DNA of 64,000 nt from Geosiphon pyriformis uo1 (Eukaryota; Fungi; Glomeromycota), in the NCBI GenBank assembly GCA_016748015.1, contig JAAOMT010000514.1, forward strand, positions 237,866 to 301,865, in the 5' to 3' direction. The translations under genes were made by a program, and so were the position numbers. This document shows positions 50,501 to 64,000 of this stretch, in pieces. Each line of letters opens with the position of its first letter. Within the stretch, counting starts at the first letter, position 1. The notes below the pieces were generated by a model. That model had not been told where the DNA came from, ran no database searches, and was given only the letters and a program-made list of their open reading frames with translations.

Positions 50501-52189
50501 GGTGTTGTCCAGATTTTTTTGGGTTGTGACCTTTCTCTGGGTGGTCTCGTGACCAATGTTTTTCGTTTTTAAAAGGGGACCCCAATGTCTATTGTTCTTG
50601 GTGAGTTTGCTTTTTATAAATGTGTCTCTTCGCTTCGGCAATATGGAATTGTCTTTGTTGAGCAGCTTTGCGATTGAACTGGTTTTGTTTTTGAATGGAG
50701 GACTTTCAAGCGGTGAAAGAAACTGGACCCTCAGGGTCCGGTTCCTGATTGGTTCAATGTTGCTATTCGCTTTTTGTCTGGTTCCAGGTCTTTTCCCATT
50801 TGCTCTTTTTCACTACTGAATGTTGTTTCGTCTGACGTCCTTAAGTCTTGTGAGTTTGATGTTGTCTGCAATCATTTGTTAGAGGTTGATTCCGATTGTC
50901 TTTCTTTGTTTATGGATGGTTCTCTGTATGGACTGGATACTCTTGGTATGAAGACTGGCGCCGCTGCTTTTTTTGGAGACATTGATTTGGGTTTGGGTGT
51001 GAAAGTCTCTGGTTTGGTTTCTTCTACCATGGCGGAGTTACAGACCATTGCTTTGGCTCTTGAATGTGTTCCTTCTTCTCATTCGGTCAATTTGTTTTCG
51101 GACAGCCAGGCCACATTGGATGCTTGCAAGTTAGAGTTAATGTTGGGTCATCCAGATTTCAGAAATCGGTGTTGAGTCGAACACCACCATATTTCTAATG
51201 TCATTCGTCGCAAAAATTTGGATGTTAATTAGATTAAAGTTAGAGATCACTCTGAAGTCTTGGATAATGAGCGTGCTGATACTTTGGCTAGGGCTGCTGC
51301 ATCTTCTGGTGTGCATCTTCCTTACAGGATCAATGAACATTTTCTTAAGACTCGCGGTACTGTGGTTTTTGGTAATTTTAGGCATTTTGTTCATGATGTT
51401 TTCTGCTTTATTCACCATGCACATTGGGAAGTCAGTTTTGGTTCTCAGGTATTGGTGAACAGCCTACGTGCTGATGTTGATTGGTTCAGGTCATGTTCGG
51501 TGTGGCATCCGGACTCTCATTTGGCCGCTGGTTTCACTAGTGCTTGTACTGCTGGTTCTTGGACGTATTTTATAAAGGCGTTGTATCATTGTCTTCTTGT
51601 TGCTGTGCAAAAGTGACTTTATGATAAGGGGTACCCCAGTGTGATGTGTTTGTTCTGCGGCAATGTTGAAATTTCAGATCATGTGTTTTTGTGCCCATTC
51701 AATGCTGGTGATCATGCTCGGTTGATGAATGCTCATGCATCTGTTTGGGAAATGCGCTCAGATTTATCTCACTTAACTTTATGTGTTTCACAGTTGCTTT
51801 CTACTTGCACTTCCGATGCTATTGTTAGTATGGCTATATGTAAGGGCTTTGTTTTCAATGAGTGGTATTGTGAATCTCTTTCTGTTTTCAAGGACTCTAA
51901 AATAGTGGCTCAAAATATTGTGGCATTTGTTCACGAATTCAGTCTTGCATTCCGTGATAATATTTGGCTGGTACGTGCGAAACACAGAGCCGTTATGGAG
52001 AAAGGTGGCTTGATCCCATGTGATGGCTCTATTCCTATCTCAGTTTCTGGTTTTCCTTCAGTGCTCTCGTCCAGTGTGGTTAGATTGTTGGGTATTGCTG
52101 ATGCACTTGGTGTTAGTTTTGGGTTTCATAAATCTAGTTTATTCTTTTCAGGTGTAGGTGACTTGGTTTCGGTGCGTATAGGTGCCTAG
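47503..52189 (+). pseudogene. LINE ORF2: APE endonuclease, RT, RNase H, C-terminal zinc motif
   Basis: ATCNIRG, GGDFN, IDF, TDH; TRPIAL, QDMRKTYDSV, QGEVFSPLL, FVDD; MDGS, AELQ, SDSQ, NERADTLA; CLFCG...HVFLC. Several stops and a frameshift. Confidence 0.93.
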
Positions 52190-52327
52190 TGTTGTCCTGA
52201 CTAGTCTGAGTGGCTAGTCACGTATAGAAAAAGCATGATTCACGCCTAGTTTAGATCACTAGTATGATGTATTGTACTAGATAGTGTTTGGATCTCACTC
52301 ATTAAAAAAAATAAAAAAAAAAAAAAA

Positions 52328-53006
52328 CCATAAAACTCTTAAAAAAACAATTTTAAAATTATAAATAAAAATTTTGAATATTATATAATTAAATATTTTC
52401 AAGTTTTAATTATTGCAAAAAAATTCAAAACTTTTATATAAAAAATTTTATTATTATTAAACATTTAACAAGTGAAACCCAACTGCTATTTATATAAAAG
52501 TTTGATTTATTTCAAATTTTATATATTTTATTAACAAAAAACTATTAAATTAATTAATTTTGAATTAAACAAAACTTTTTTAATAAAATATTTTATAAAT
52601 AGTTTAATTTTATTGAAACTTAATCTTTTTAAAAAGAATAATATTATAATTAAAAATCATAGTTTTTATTAATTATTATATATATTAATCAATAATATTA
52701 TATAATTAACTATATTATTTTTAAATAATAATTGTTAACTTAATTATTAACTTAATTATTAAATTTGATCAATAATTTGATTAATAACTTAGTTATTAAT
52801 TTAATTATTAAACTATTTTAATAATTATATAAATAATAATTTTTTATAAATTTTTTAAAAAAAATTAAAAAATTATAATTTTGAGACTAATTATGTACAT
52901 TAAATTCTTACAAATTTAATTTGTTTGAATTTTTTTAATATTATTTTTATTATATTTAATAAATTTTTTTTTGCTATTTATTAACTTGTTACTTTAATTT
53001 ATAATA
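52328..53006 (+). mobile_element. Ghost of family A ORF3 3' half, PPT and 3' LTR (~52642-53006)
   Basis: Colinear with 42095-43101 but almost all A/T. The 12-bp repeats read TAATTATTAACT. Confidence 0.7.
52452..52500 (-). mobile_element. Tiny 3'-end LINE fragment
   Basis: TATTAAACATTTAACAAGTGAAACCCAACTGCTAT matches the LINE 3' end at 62231-62265. Confidence 0.5.
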
Positions 53007-53730
53007 ATATCTTAAAATATAAATTATTTGTGTTATTTACATATATTTTTTTAATTTGTATTTGTAAATTAATTTAAAAAATTGTTTATTTGTTTTTGTA
53101 GTTTTTTAAATCAAAACACAATAATATCTGTTATTAATTTTAAAAATTACAAAGTAAAACATAAAATAATAGCAGTAATATTATTTTGTTAATAATTACA
53201 AATTATTTTTCTATTTTTAAATTATTTTTAAAAATTACAACTGTAATTTTAAAGCTGATTATGCAAATTAAATTAATTTGCTCTTTTAATTTGATTATTT
53301 TTTATTATTTTCATAGTTATTTCTTTTGTTATTTGTTTAAATAGTTAATTTATATTTAAAAAATTCATCTTATATAATTATTAATAATTGAATTAACAAT
53401 TAGTTTAACAATTAGTTTAATAACTAAATTAACAATTAAATTTAATAACCAAATTAATAATTAATAACTATAACATTATAATAAGAATGAAATTGTTTTT
53501 TAAAAAAAATTTAGTTACATTGAAAAAACTTTTTTGCTTGTTGCTTTTTCAAATATATTAGCAAAAATAGTGGTAAACTAAAATTTTTCAAAACTAAGAA
53601 ATAAAAAGGCTTTTTTTTCATTTGTTAACATAAGAGAAATTCAATTTTTATTGTGACACAATTTTTAAAATATCAAAATACTTTTAAGTAAACTTATTTA
53701 TTCAAAAAGATCAACATATTAATTTCAGAT

Positions 53731-53781
53731 GCGCGTTGATGATTATACGCGTCTAAAGTGAGGATTTTAAAGATTTCCCGC
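53731..53781 (+). promoter_or_regulatory. Cell-cycle promoter elements upstream of SPC24: GCGCGT, MCB ACGCGT (53747-53752), E2F-type TTTCCCGC (53774-53781)
   Basis: Exact consensus matches 80-135 bp upstream of the ATG, in an otherwise very AT-rich flank. Confidence 0.55.
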
Positions 53782-53863
53782 AGAACTTTTCAACCAGAAC
53801 TTTTCAACCCATTTATCTTCGAAAAACAGTGCAAAAACCAATTCAACATTTCATTTCATCAGC

Positions 53864-54795
53864 ATGGCTCACTTCTCGACAATTAACTCTGTCACATCCG
53901 CCAATAGTAACTTGGTCAGAGGTGACGACGAAGATAGCAATAACAACAATAATATTGTAAATTTTCCACCATTAGCAGATATGTTTACCAAGGCTCTTGA
54001 TAACATGAAAGAAACAGAGGAACTTCGCAAACGCTACCGGGATACAACACGTGTAAAATTTCAAGGTAACTAGTGTGCTTGAACTTTGTCCAAAAGTGAC
54101 TTTAATTCATGACTGGTTTCTCCCTTGTTTTTTGCAATAGAACTTTCTAGAAAGCTGAAAAGTGCACAAGCCAAAACTGAACGGCCCCCCGACTTATCAG
54201 AGGAGGCACATCATCGACAATTGGATAAAATCGAGACGGAAAATTATAATTTGCGGAAGTCAATCAACAAAATGGAAGGAGAGATTAGATATCCTTTTTC
54301 GTTTGATCGATCTTGTTTCATATTATGAATTTTCCTTAATCAAGGCTATTTTTTATCTGTCTACTTCAATGGAGTCCCGCATTCAGACGCTCAAAATTGA
54401 AATAGAAAAGCTGCAAAACTCAAAAGTCGAGGATGAAGTTATTCCCCAAACGGATACCACCACGTAAAATAAACTTTCTTCCTAATATATTATACTGAAA
54501 ATCTTGATCGAACTTTGAATTTTCTCAATTCAAGGATGCAACTCTACGTTTATCACGGTCTTGGTATCGAACTTACAGAGGAAGATGATTGTTTAAAGGC
54601 GAGAATTCGTGAGTTTCGCAATTATTCGTCATTCGAGTATAAGTAATGTAGCTTAATATCCTAAATGTATTTATAAAGCGTTATCTATTTTCTTTCCCAG
54701 AATCCTCGTCGACAAATGATATTTACACGGTTAAGATCGATGATAAACTTTCACCACATTTCGTCGCTAATCATATTTGGGATTTGGCACAATAG
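53864..54795 (+). CDS. SPC24: Kinetochore Ndc80-complex subunit Spc24; exons 53864-54065, 54141-54288, 54365-54463, 54535-54608, 54701-54795
   Basis: Coiled coil plus C-terminal LYVYHGLGI...NDIYTVKIDDKLSPHFVANHIWD, typical of the Spc24 RWD domain. All splice phases join in frame. Confidence 0.82.
54289..54364 (+). other. U12-type AT-AC intron
   Basis: 5' ATATCCTTT, branch site TTTCCTTAAT (54331-54340), 3' TAC. Removal restores the frame (AG|T, EISSMESR). Confidence 0.9.
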
Positions 54796-55055
54796 CCGGT
54801 GCGTGATAAAAATACTCATTGAAACAAAATGGGTAGACAGAATATTAATTTAATCAAACACTTAATTAGATGAATTTATTCTGACTTGAATCGAGCATTC
54901 AATAAGAAGCTGTGTGAACTTTCGATCAAGTATAAAGCTATGAAGTTTTTCTGCTCAAGCATTGTTACTTTTTTTGCTTATTTAAGCTATATACAAATTG
55001 GGCCCGAAACGTCATATGCTCTTGTTCTTTTTCCACTTCTTCAAATTTACCAGTT

Positions 55056-56999
<1,944 letters not shown>

Positions 57000-57210
57000 G
57001 ATAATAAATTAAAAGTGGGGGAAAATTTTCGCCTGTGTTGTTTCTTTAAAAAGATGTCGAGCAAAATTTGATTGATCAAACGCCAATCATTACCCGATTA
57101 TTAGCAATAAATTTTTCATGATGCAGATAAACATCTTGTATTGATAAATTAATTTCTGACTTGAAAACTTTAAATAAGTCTAAGGCATTTTAATACAACA
57201 ATTTTGTTAG

Positions 57211-58340
57211 CTATGCTCTCTGATAATCTAAGGTAATCCCACACTGATTGGCAATTGGCGCAAATGCCGCGATATTGTTCACCCTACCGTCCCAACATAT
57301 ACATCCGAATGCATAACGGTTAACAAGATATGGGGCATAACAGGTATTTAAAGCCACTCCATTATTCATGCAAAGTTTTGAACAATTAGCACTATACTCG
57401 CCACATAAGTTTTTACCCAGACATTGTTGAGTTATTGTATACTGAACCGGGGTTATTGCCTGAATGGTTTGCTCGGTATAATTTTCGTTAGGTGCCTTGG
57501 TACATTGTACTTGTAACTGATCTGGTCTGTAGCGAATACAAGAACTGGTAGCAGACTCAGGGGGTGGGTTACCTGCAATGGTGCGGGCACAAATTGCAGT
57601 GAATCCTTGACATGCTTTTTCTGCGTATTGACGGGAAACGGCAGCAATTTGTGGACGTAATGGGATTAGTCGGTCTTCGATGTTGCGTTCTTCTCGGAAT
57701 ATTACTATAAAAGTGGGTGGTAGTGGAGATGAAAATGGTTGATGATTTTTAATCAAAGAACAAACAATTCATAAATATAAAATATAAAATATTAATATTT
57801 TGAATCAATGTTTTCAGCCAACTTACAACTTGAAGAAACCGTGATACAGGTGGCGTAATATTCATTGGGAACTCCGGTATCGGGAGTACTCGGTCGACAG
57901 GCGTTCACTCCAATCGGGACTTGTGTGGCATTACCTCTTTGTTCGCAACTCGCCCTAAAATCATTGCAAAATCCCCTTTGCTTCGGAATTGGCACCAACA
58001 CCGTACTTAAGGTAAACACTTGAGCCGCAGTTAGGGTCTTCACCTCACCCGAAGTACAAACACATTCAACGGCGGCAGTTAAAGCATTTTGATTCAAGAT
58101 ACATTTGTTGGTGGACGGTAGTACGTTAAAATCTTTACATGTACTGATACACGAAATTGTATAGATGTCGCATGGGCTTTTTAATGATGCCGCTAAAAAT
58201 TCTGGGGGTATTAAAACCGTTTCTGTTAATGCTATGGTTGGATGAATGCTGGATGCTAAAATCATCAGTAAGATAATCAAAGAGATGTTTGTATGATAAT
58301 AGGAGAATTTAGCATCATTTTGTCGTAAGATGGACATCAT
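57211..58340 (-). CDS. Putative secreted cysteine-rich protein with four internal repeats (~335 aa); exons 58340-57827, 57704-57211
   Basis: Hydrophobic signal-like ISLIILLMILASSIHPTIA. A GTAAGT...TTTTATAG intron joins the two ORFs in frame. Repeated C-x2-[YF]-x3-C module. Confidence 0.72.
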
Positions 58341-59781
58341 TTTTGCTTAATTATTAAAAATTGCAGTTTTTGTAGATGTATGGTTAGAGAGGCGACTCAA
58401 GAAAAAATCGGAATATGGGGGGTTTATATTCTCTCGATATATTTACCAGCTACTATTGATAAACTAAGTCAGCCACATATATTGCGTTAAGTCTTAAATC
58501 TAAAACTCATATACTAATAGGCGTTACTCCTGCATATTCTTCACAAAAAAATAAATCTTTAACATCATGATTTCTATGATGTTGATTTCTATTTTGGAAT
58601 TGAAAAATTTATATTATGATTCTCAGATATTTATTCAACTTGATATTTGATTTGAACTTATGTCCTAAGAGAATCCGAAACACCTAGAACGCAAAATAAA
58701 ATGTGTTTTTTTGATTTCTTGTTTGCCAAAACGAGTGAAAGAGGACTAGAAAATTTGCAAAGAAAATAGATTGTCAATTTGAAAATCGTGGCAATCAGAT
58801 AGGAAGGCCGGATCAACTAATTTTTTACGCATGGTGTTTACACAACTATTTTTTACCTTTGATTTTAAAGTCTTGGCATTTTTCAATAATACGGGAAATG
58901 GTTCGTGAGACGAAATTTCCTGAAAAGGAAATCAGATGCAAGAATAAACTTACTGTTACAAATATCGGGATTTTAGTTAATCTGGAAAACTTTTTTGCGA
59001 TGTTACAGATCTCAAGAGGTGAAAGCTTCGATCGGATCGAATTGCTGATCTGAAACTATATTTATTATGTTTCATAAAAAAATTATTTTATAAAATTATT
59101 TTCAACACTTTCAGTATTAAATTTCAAAATAACTGTTTGATTATATTACATGATTTTTTGTTAAATTTTATTCTTAATTGTATTTTTTAAAGTTTATTTT
59201 TATTGTTTAAATTTAATATTACATTTTTAAACTGTAATTTTGGAATTGTTATTTTATTTTTGATATTTTTAATGTTTTTGAATTATAATTTGAAAATTTT
59301 AATAATTTAATTATTATCAAATAAAAATAAAAATTTTAACTTTTAACTTTTATTTACTGATTTTAATTCATATAAATTTTATATCTTATGACTAATAAAC
59401 TTTACATTATACTACAATCTTTTTTGGATTCCAATTTTTTCTCAAGCATTATTGCTTGAAAATTTTCTTATCTCTAAAATTATGAAATCCTAGTTTCTTG
59501 GAAATTTCAAATTGAATCTGATTACAAAAATCTAATAAACTCTGCAAAAAATTGAACTTTCAAGCGAAGGTTTATTATTCAAATATATACGACACGCTAT
59601 CGATCTGGCTAAGTGATATAATACATACGCCTTAATAAAAACCGATTCTTGAGCCACTTAATAGATGAACAACGAATCCTTCAGCCTTAATGAACAATGA
59701 ACATTATCATGTGATAAATTAAAAACGTGAATAATTTAACCTTTACCTTTATTAAAACCCAAGATTTCAAATTACTTGACA

Positions 59782-62012
59782 TTATGGTTTACACCTGTCA
59801 GTAAACCGTGGATACAGACAACAATCCCTCACAGTGTGGCGATCCAATAACCACGCCAAAAATCGCTCGACACCTAAACCGAATCCACCATGTTCAGTAG
59901 AGCCATATTTACGTTGGTCAGTATACCAATAATAAGGTGCGGGATCGATTCCTGTTAATCCAAAGGTAATTCTTATATTATTTTATGAACGTGAGAAAAT
60001 ATTGATAAGGCTAATAAATATTGATTACCCACCTTCACGTTCATAGCCACGAAGAAGTTCGTCCTATTTATTAAATTCAAATAATCGTTGATATTTTTAT
60101 TATTAGGTAGTTGAACGGGATTTCTATTCAAAATCTTACCAGATCATTAATTCTCATACTTCCACCGACAATTTCTCCTACGCCAGGCATTAATACGTCT
60201 ACGCTCTCAGTAATACGATTATCATCAACACATCTTTTCATATAAAATGCTTTAATTTCGGCAGGAAATCGGCATAGGAAAATTGGTCTGTTAATTTTAT
60301 CAGTCATTGCTCGTTCAGGTGCCTCAGGAATATCTTCACCGAATTCATAAAAAGTTCCATCCTCCTTTTTTATATCGTTTTTCTTCAAATAGTCAATCGC
60401 ATCTTTATAGTCTAGACGTAAAAATGGTCTTTCGGGTTTTTTAAAATCTTTGTTTAGTGAATAGATTAATTCCGCTATTTTTTTGTTCGCTAACACGCGA
60501 TCAATTGTATCGCAAATCAAATCTTCTAAAATATCTAGAAGGTCATCAAAATTTATAAAAGCCATTTCTGCTTCCAAATGAGAATATCTAAAAATAATCG
60601 AAAAAAAAGGCGTTAAATCAATAAACTCAAATTAGGAATCAAATCAAGAATCGACAGAAATATACTCGGATAAATGGCGCCGGGTATGGCTTTTTTCTGC
60701 TCTAAAAGACTCGGCGATAGTATACACATCCCCAAGAGATGGAAGACATGTCTCAAGATAGAGTTGACTTGATTGAGTGAGGAATGCCTATTGAAATCGT
60801 GGACATATGATGATCAAATATTATTAACACCGTTTTATAAAAATTCAAACCCTTTCAGACATTTATATCAAGAACCTTTTCTCCATAATAGGCTAATTCA
60901 AATAAAGTCGAGCCACCTTCGACCTGAGTTTGAACCATAGATGGCGGTGTCACCTCAGAAAACCCTTTAGAATCAAAATGATCCCGAAATGCTTTCAACA
61001 CTGCTGAACGAACTCTTAAAACAGCCGAGGCTTTTTCTCCACGAATAACAAGATGACGTCTATCATATAATAATGATGGGTCCGTTTCGGTATTGATCTG
61101 ATTTGTGAAGGCGTCGTCACCACCAGGTGCTTTATGAACAAGTTCCCAGTAATCAACACGAAGTTCGTGATTATCTGGAGCCTAATTGAATAATTCAGAA
61201 TATAAAATGATTTGCACTCAAAAGGGCTTTTTGATAAAAGGGAATTTTACCTGCTTCCCAAGCGGTAATTCACAAATGACACCATAAACTGTGATGGTAG
61301 ACTCTAATGTTAATGTCAAGGCGTCAAATGTGTGGCACTATGACACAAAAAATGCTCATTTCATTGAATCGTGCAATAATTTGGCATCTTAATAAGTTTG
61401 CAAAAGTTCTTGTACTAACCAAGATACCAGACAAGAGACATTGAAGGTAGCCATTACCATCACGTAATACCACAAACATCATATCTTTTCCTTGTGTACG
61501 AAGACGATGAACCCACCCGGAAATCTGCACACGCTCATTTCGCTTTGAAATACCCTGATAAATCTTTATCTGAATTTATAATTCATTGAGATCATTCAGC
61601 ATTCACAAATAAAATTATTCTTATTTAAGTCGCCCCTTCTGTTAAAAATTACTTTAGTGGCTTTAGGGAGTGAAAAATCTTGAGTTAAGACTATTTTTTT
61701 GGCATCTTCAAGTTTCTTTTGTTCTGCTTCGAGAAGCTCCTTCTCTTTTTGTGCCTTCATTTTTTCTTGTTCTTCTGCCTTTTTGGCTTTTTTTGCCAAG
61801 TCTACCACACGATTCTTAGCTTTCTTGAGTGCTGCACCTGATATATCTTTATACTCTTCCTGGGAAGTCTTTCTAATGAGAATTTTAATAGAGTCTTCAT
61901 GTTTTTGAAGGGCGAAAACAGCGGTTTGGTACGCCTGCTCTTTGGTTCCTGTCCCAGTCTCGTCAGAACCATTGGTTTCATCAATGTAGATCAAAGAGTT
62001 TGACGACGACAT
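59782..62012 (-). CDS. DED81: Cytosolic asparaginyl-tRNA synthetase, 8 exons
   Basis: N-terminal YIDE...GTG extension, GWVHRLR...[64 protein letters not shown] introns. Confidence 0.96.
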
Positions 62013-62221
62013 TCTGAATAACGAATATTTCGTAATTTGGGATTGATGTCTAGAAATAATTAATGTTTAATATCTAAATGTCTGATTATCTAAGATCATT
62101 GCATCTAAAAACTTATAATTTTTAGGCCCAAAATCACATTATCAATAACCAATCAAAAAAATTTGCTTGCTTGTGTTCTTTTTTTTAGATAAATGTGATA
62201 TTAAAAGTTAACCATTATATA

Positions 62222-64000
62222 TATTTTTTTTATTAAGCTTTTAATAAGTGAAGCCCAACCACTATCTAGTACAAAAGGCCAAACTAAGTGGCCAAAACTA
62301 GATATAACTCACGTATTTTCTACATGTGGCTAGTCATTCAGGCCAGACAAGACAATACTACACACCTAAAACAACATAAGAGCTACAATCTAAACTTATA
62401 AAAAAAGAACAGAGCTGTTATCGGCCAAAACTAACTGCGAAAAACTTGATGATACCAAGCATTTTAACTACTTCCTTTAATAACAAAGACCTAACACAAT
62501 GTAACAAACCTAAAACTATGTTATTATTACCCATCAAGCCTGTTTTCTCTATTTCCACTCTATGTTTACATTTTACCAGCCAAATTTTAGAGCAATGCAA
62601 CTCAGTTAACTGCCTAACAAACCCAACAATCATGTAGAAAGCCTCTTTTTTCCCATCAAAAACATTGACAGTTTTCTTACACTAGTCTCTAGGTACAAAT
62701 TTCTTGTACAAAACTAAATACAAGCCAACATCTGAAGAACACTGACCAAGAGTCTGCAAAACAGCAGAAGAAGCTGGGCTGATAACATTCAACAAAGAAG
62801 TTCAAGATGTAAAAGCTTCAGCCAAAACCTCCTTCCAAATTCCAACATCTAATGTACAAGTAAATACATAATTAGACATTTCCACTTCACCACACAATAA
62901 ACACAATATGTCAGAATATCTTCTACTATACAACCTTTTTCTAACTACAACAAACAGCCATCGGTGCACAGCTTTCATCAGATATGTACACAAACCAGAA
63001 GATTCCTGACTAGTAAAGCTGGCAAGCATATGGGAATCAGGATGCCAAATCTTAGCCATAGCATCCCAGTCTATACACCCAACCAGATTACTCAGAACAA
63101 CATTTTGGCCAGGACCAGCCTCCCAATAAGCATGACAAATAGACTAAAACACATCTTTAACAAAATGATAAGCATTGTCAGACATGGCCATATTGTTATG
63201 GGTTGGAGTAACAAGCTAACGGATAGCAAGAGAGAACAGGATTGTAGGATGATGGAAATAATCAAAGGGGAATTCAATTTTAAAGAGTGAATTAAATGAG
63301 TATAGATTCAATATGTGAGATCAGTCTCATAAAATATTTCAGTCGCTATTCTTTTCAAAGGTAACTGGCGAATTTGAAAATAGAGGGATAGTCCATACTG
63401 TCAACAAATAATCACACTTGGTATAATTCTATGCCTTATATTGGCACTCTTAGAATTCAATATCAAGTATCAGATGTGCTCTTCAGTCACGTTTTATTCA
63501 ATAATCTTCAAATACTTTATTTAATTATTTCAGAAAAAGACAGATAAACACTAACAAGAGATCTTTTATCCAAAAAATATTCAGATACTTGAAGGTAGGG
63601 AAAGAAAAATTAATGATAAGAGAATGTTTAAGATGAAAGTTGTTTTATTATATTTCTTTGATTGTTGGGAACATACTTTTCTACAGCTAAGAGACTCATT
63701 ATTTATATAGCTATGAAAAGTAGTCAACAACTAGGTCAATAATCAAGTTAATGATCAGGTCAATGATCAGATCAATGATCAAGTCAACAGTCAGGTTATT
63801 GATCAGGTCAACGGTCAGGTTATTGATCAGGTCAATGATTAGGTTATTGATTAGGTCAATAATTACTATCTAAAAATAGATTGGTTAATTATATGACATC
63901 AGTGGCTAATACATGTGATAACTAATAAAAACTATGAGTTTCAACCGTAACAATATTTTTAGCCACCAGAAAATGTTCATGTACTCTCACAGGCAAAGAA
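62222..64000 (-). mobile_element. 3' end of a degraded LINE (related to 45241-52327), interrupted by a solo LTR
   Basis: WHPDSHMLASFTS...CLLCGEVE homologous to 51500-51690. Poly(A) at ~62222-62230. Confidence 0.88.
63194..63952 (-). mobile_element. Solo LTR, family A
   Basis: TGTTATG...CGTAACA, exact TSD ATAT, expanded 12-bp array. Confidence 0.93.

Larger units (their letters stand above)
45241..52327 (+). mobile_element. Near full-length non-LTR retrotransposon (LINE) with APE, RT, RNase H; pseudogenised
   Basis: ORF1, ORF2, 3' poly(A) 52304-52327, probable TSD AAAA(A/C)CATAAAA. Inserted in an A-family ORF3 ghost. Confidence 0.93.

Noticed and set aside
58859-59053. 64-aa ORF between the Cys-rich gene and AsnRS
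   Set aside because: TTG start, no recognisable motif or splice support.
60588-60665. AsnRS intron starting GTATATTT as a second U12 intron
   Set aside because: Lacks the TCCTT donor core and a CCTTAAC branch site, so it is probably U2-type.

Overview
Eukaryotic, almost certainly fungal, scaffold. Short GT-AG introns, one U12 AT-AC intron and the style of the TEs suggest an early-diverging fungus such as Glomeromycotina (inference). Bases 1-53.6 kb and 62.2-64 kb are a nested, mutation-riddled transposon block. It holds four Ty3/gypsy LTR families (called A-D here), with three LTR-to-LTR elements (5653-12608, 13268-34095, 17432-27395), several solo LTRs with 4-bp TSDs, a near full-length LINE (45241-52327) and a pogo/Tigger ghost. 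A compact CpG-retaining gene island (53.7-62.1 kb) carries SPC24, glucose-6-phosphate isomerase, a secreted Cys-rich four-repeat protein and cytosolic Asn-tRNA synthetase. The most notable signal is that three divergent gypsy families all carry a homologous, non-env third ORF between integrase and the 3' LTR, and each family has its own tandem palindromic array in U3. This is a candidate transactivator/anti-silencing module. Other notable points: dUTPase plus Cys-rich domains inside pol, a RIP-like transition-only mutation spectrum, an AT-AC minor intron and an MCB+E2F promoter in SPC24. All alignments and out-of-track translations were done by eye; coordinates of degraded relics are approximate.
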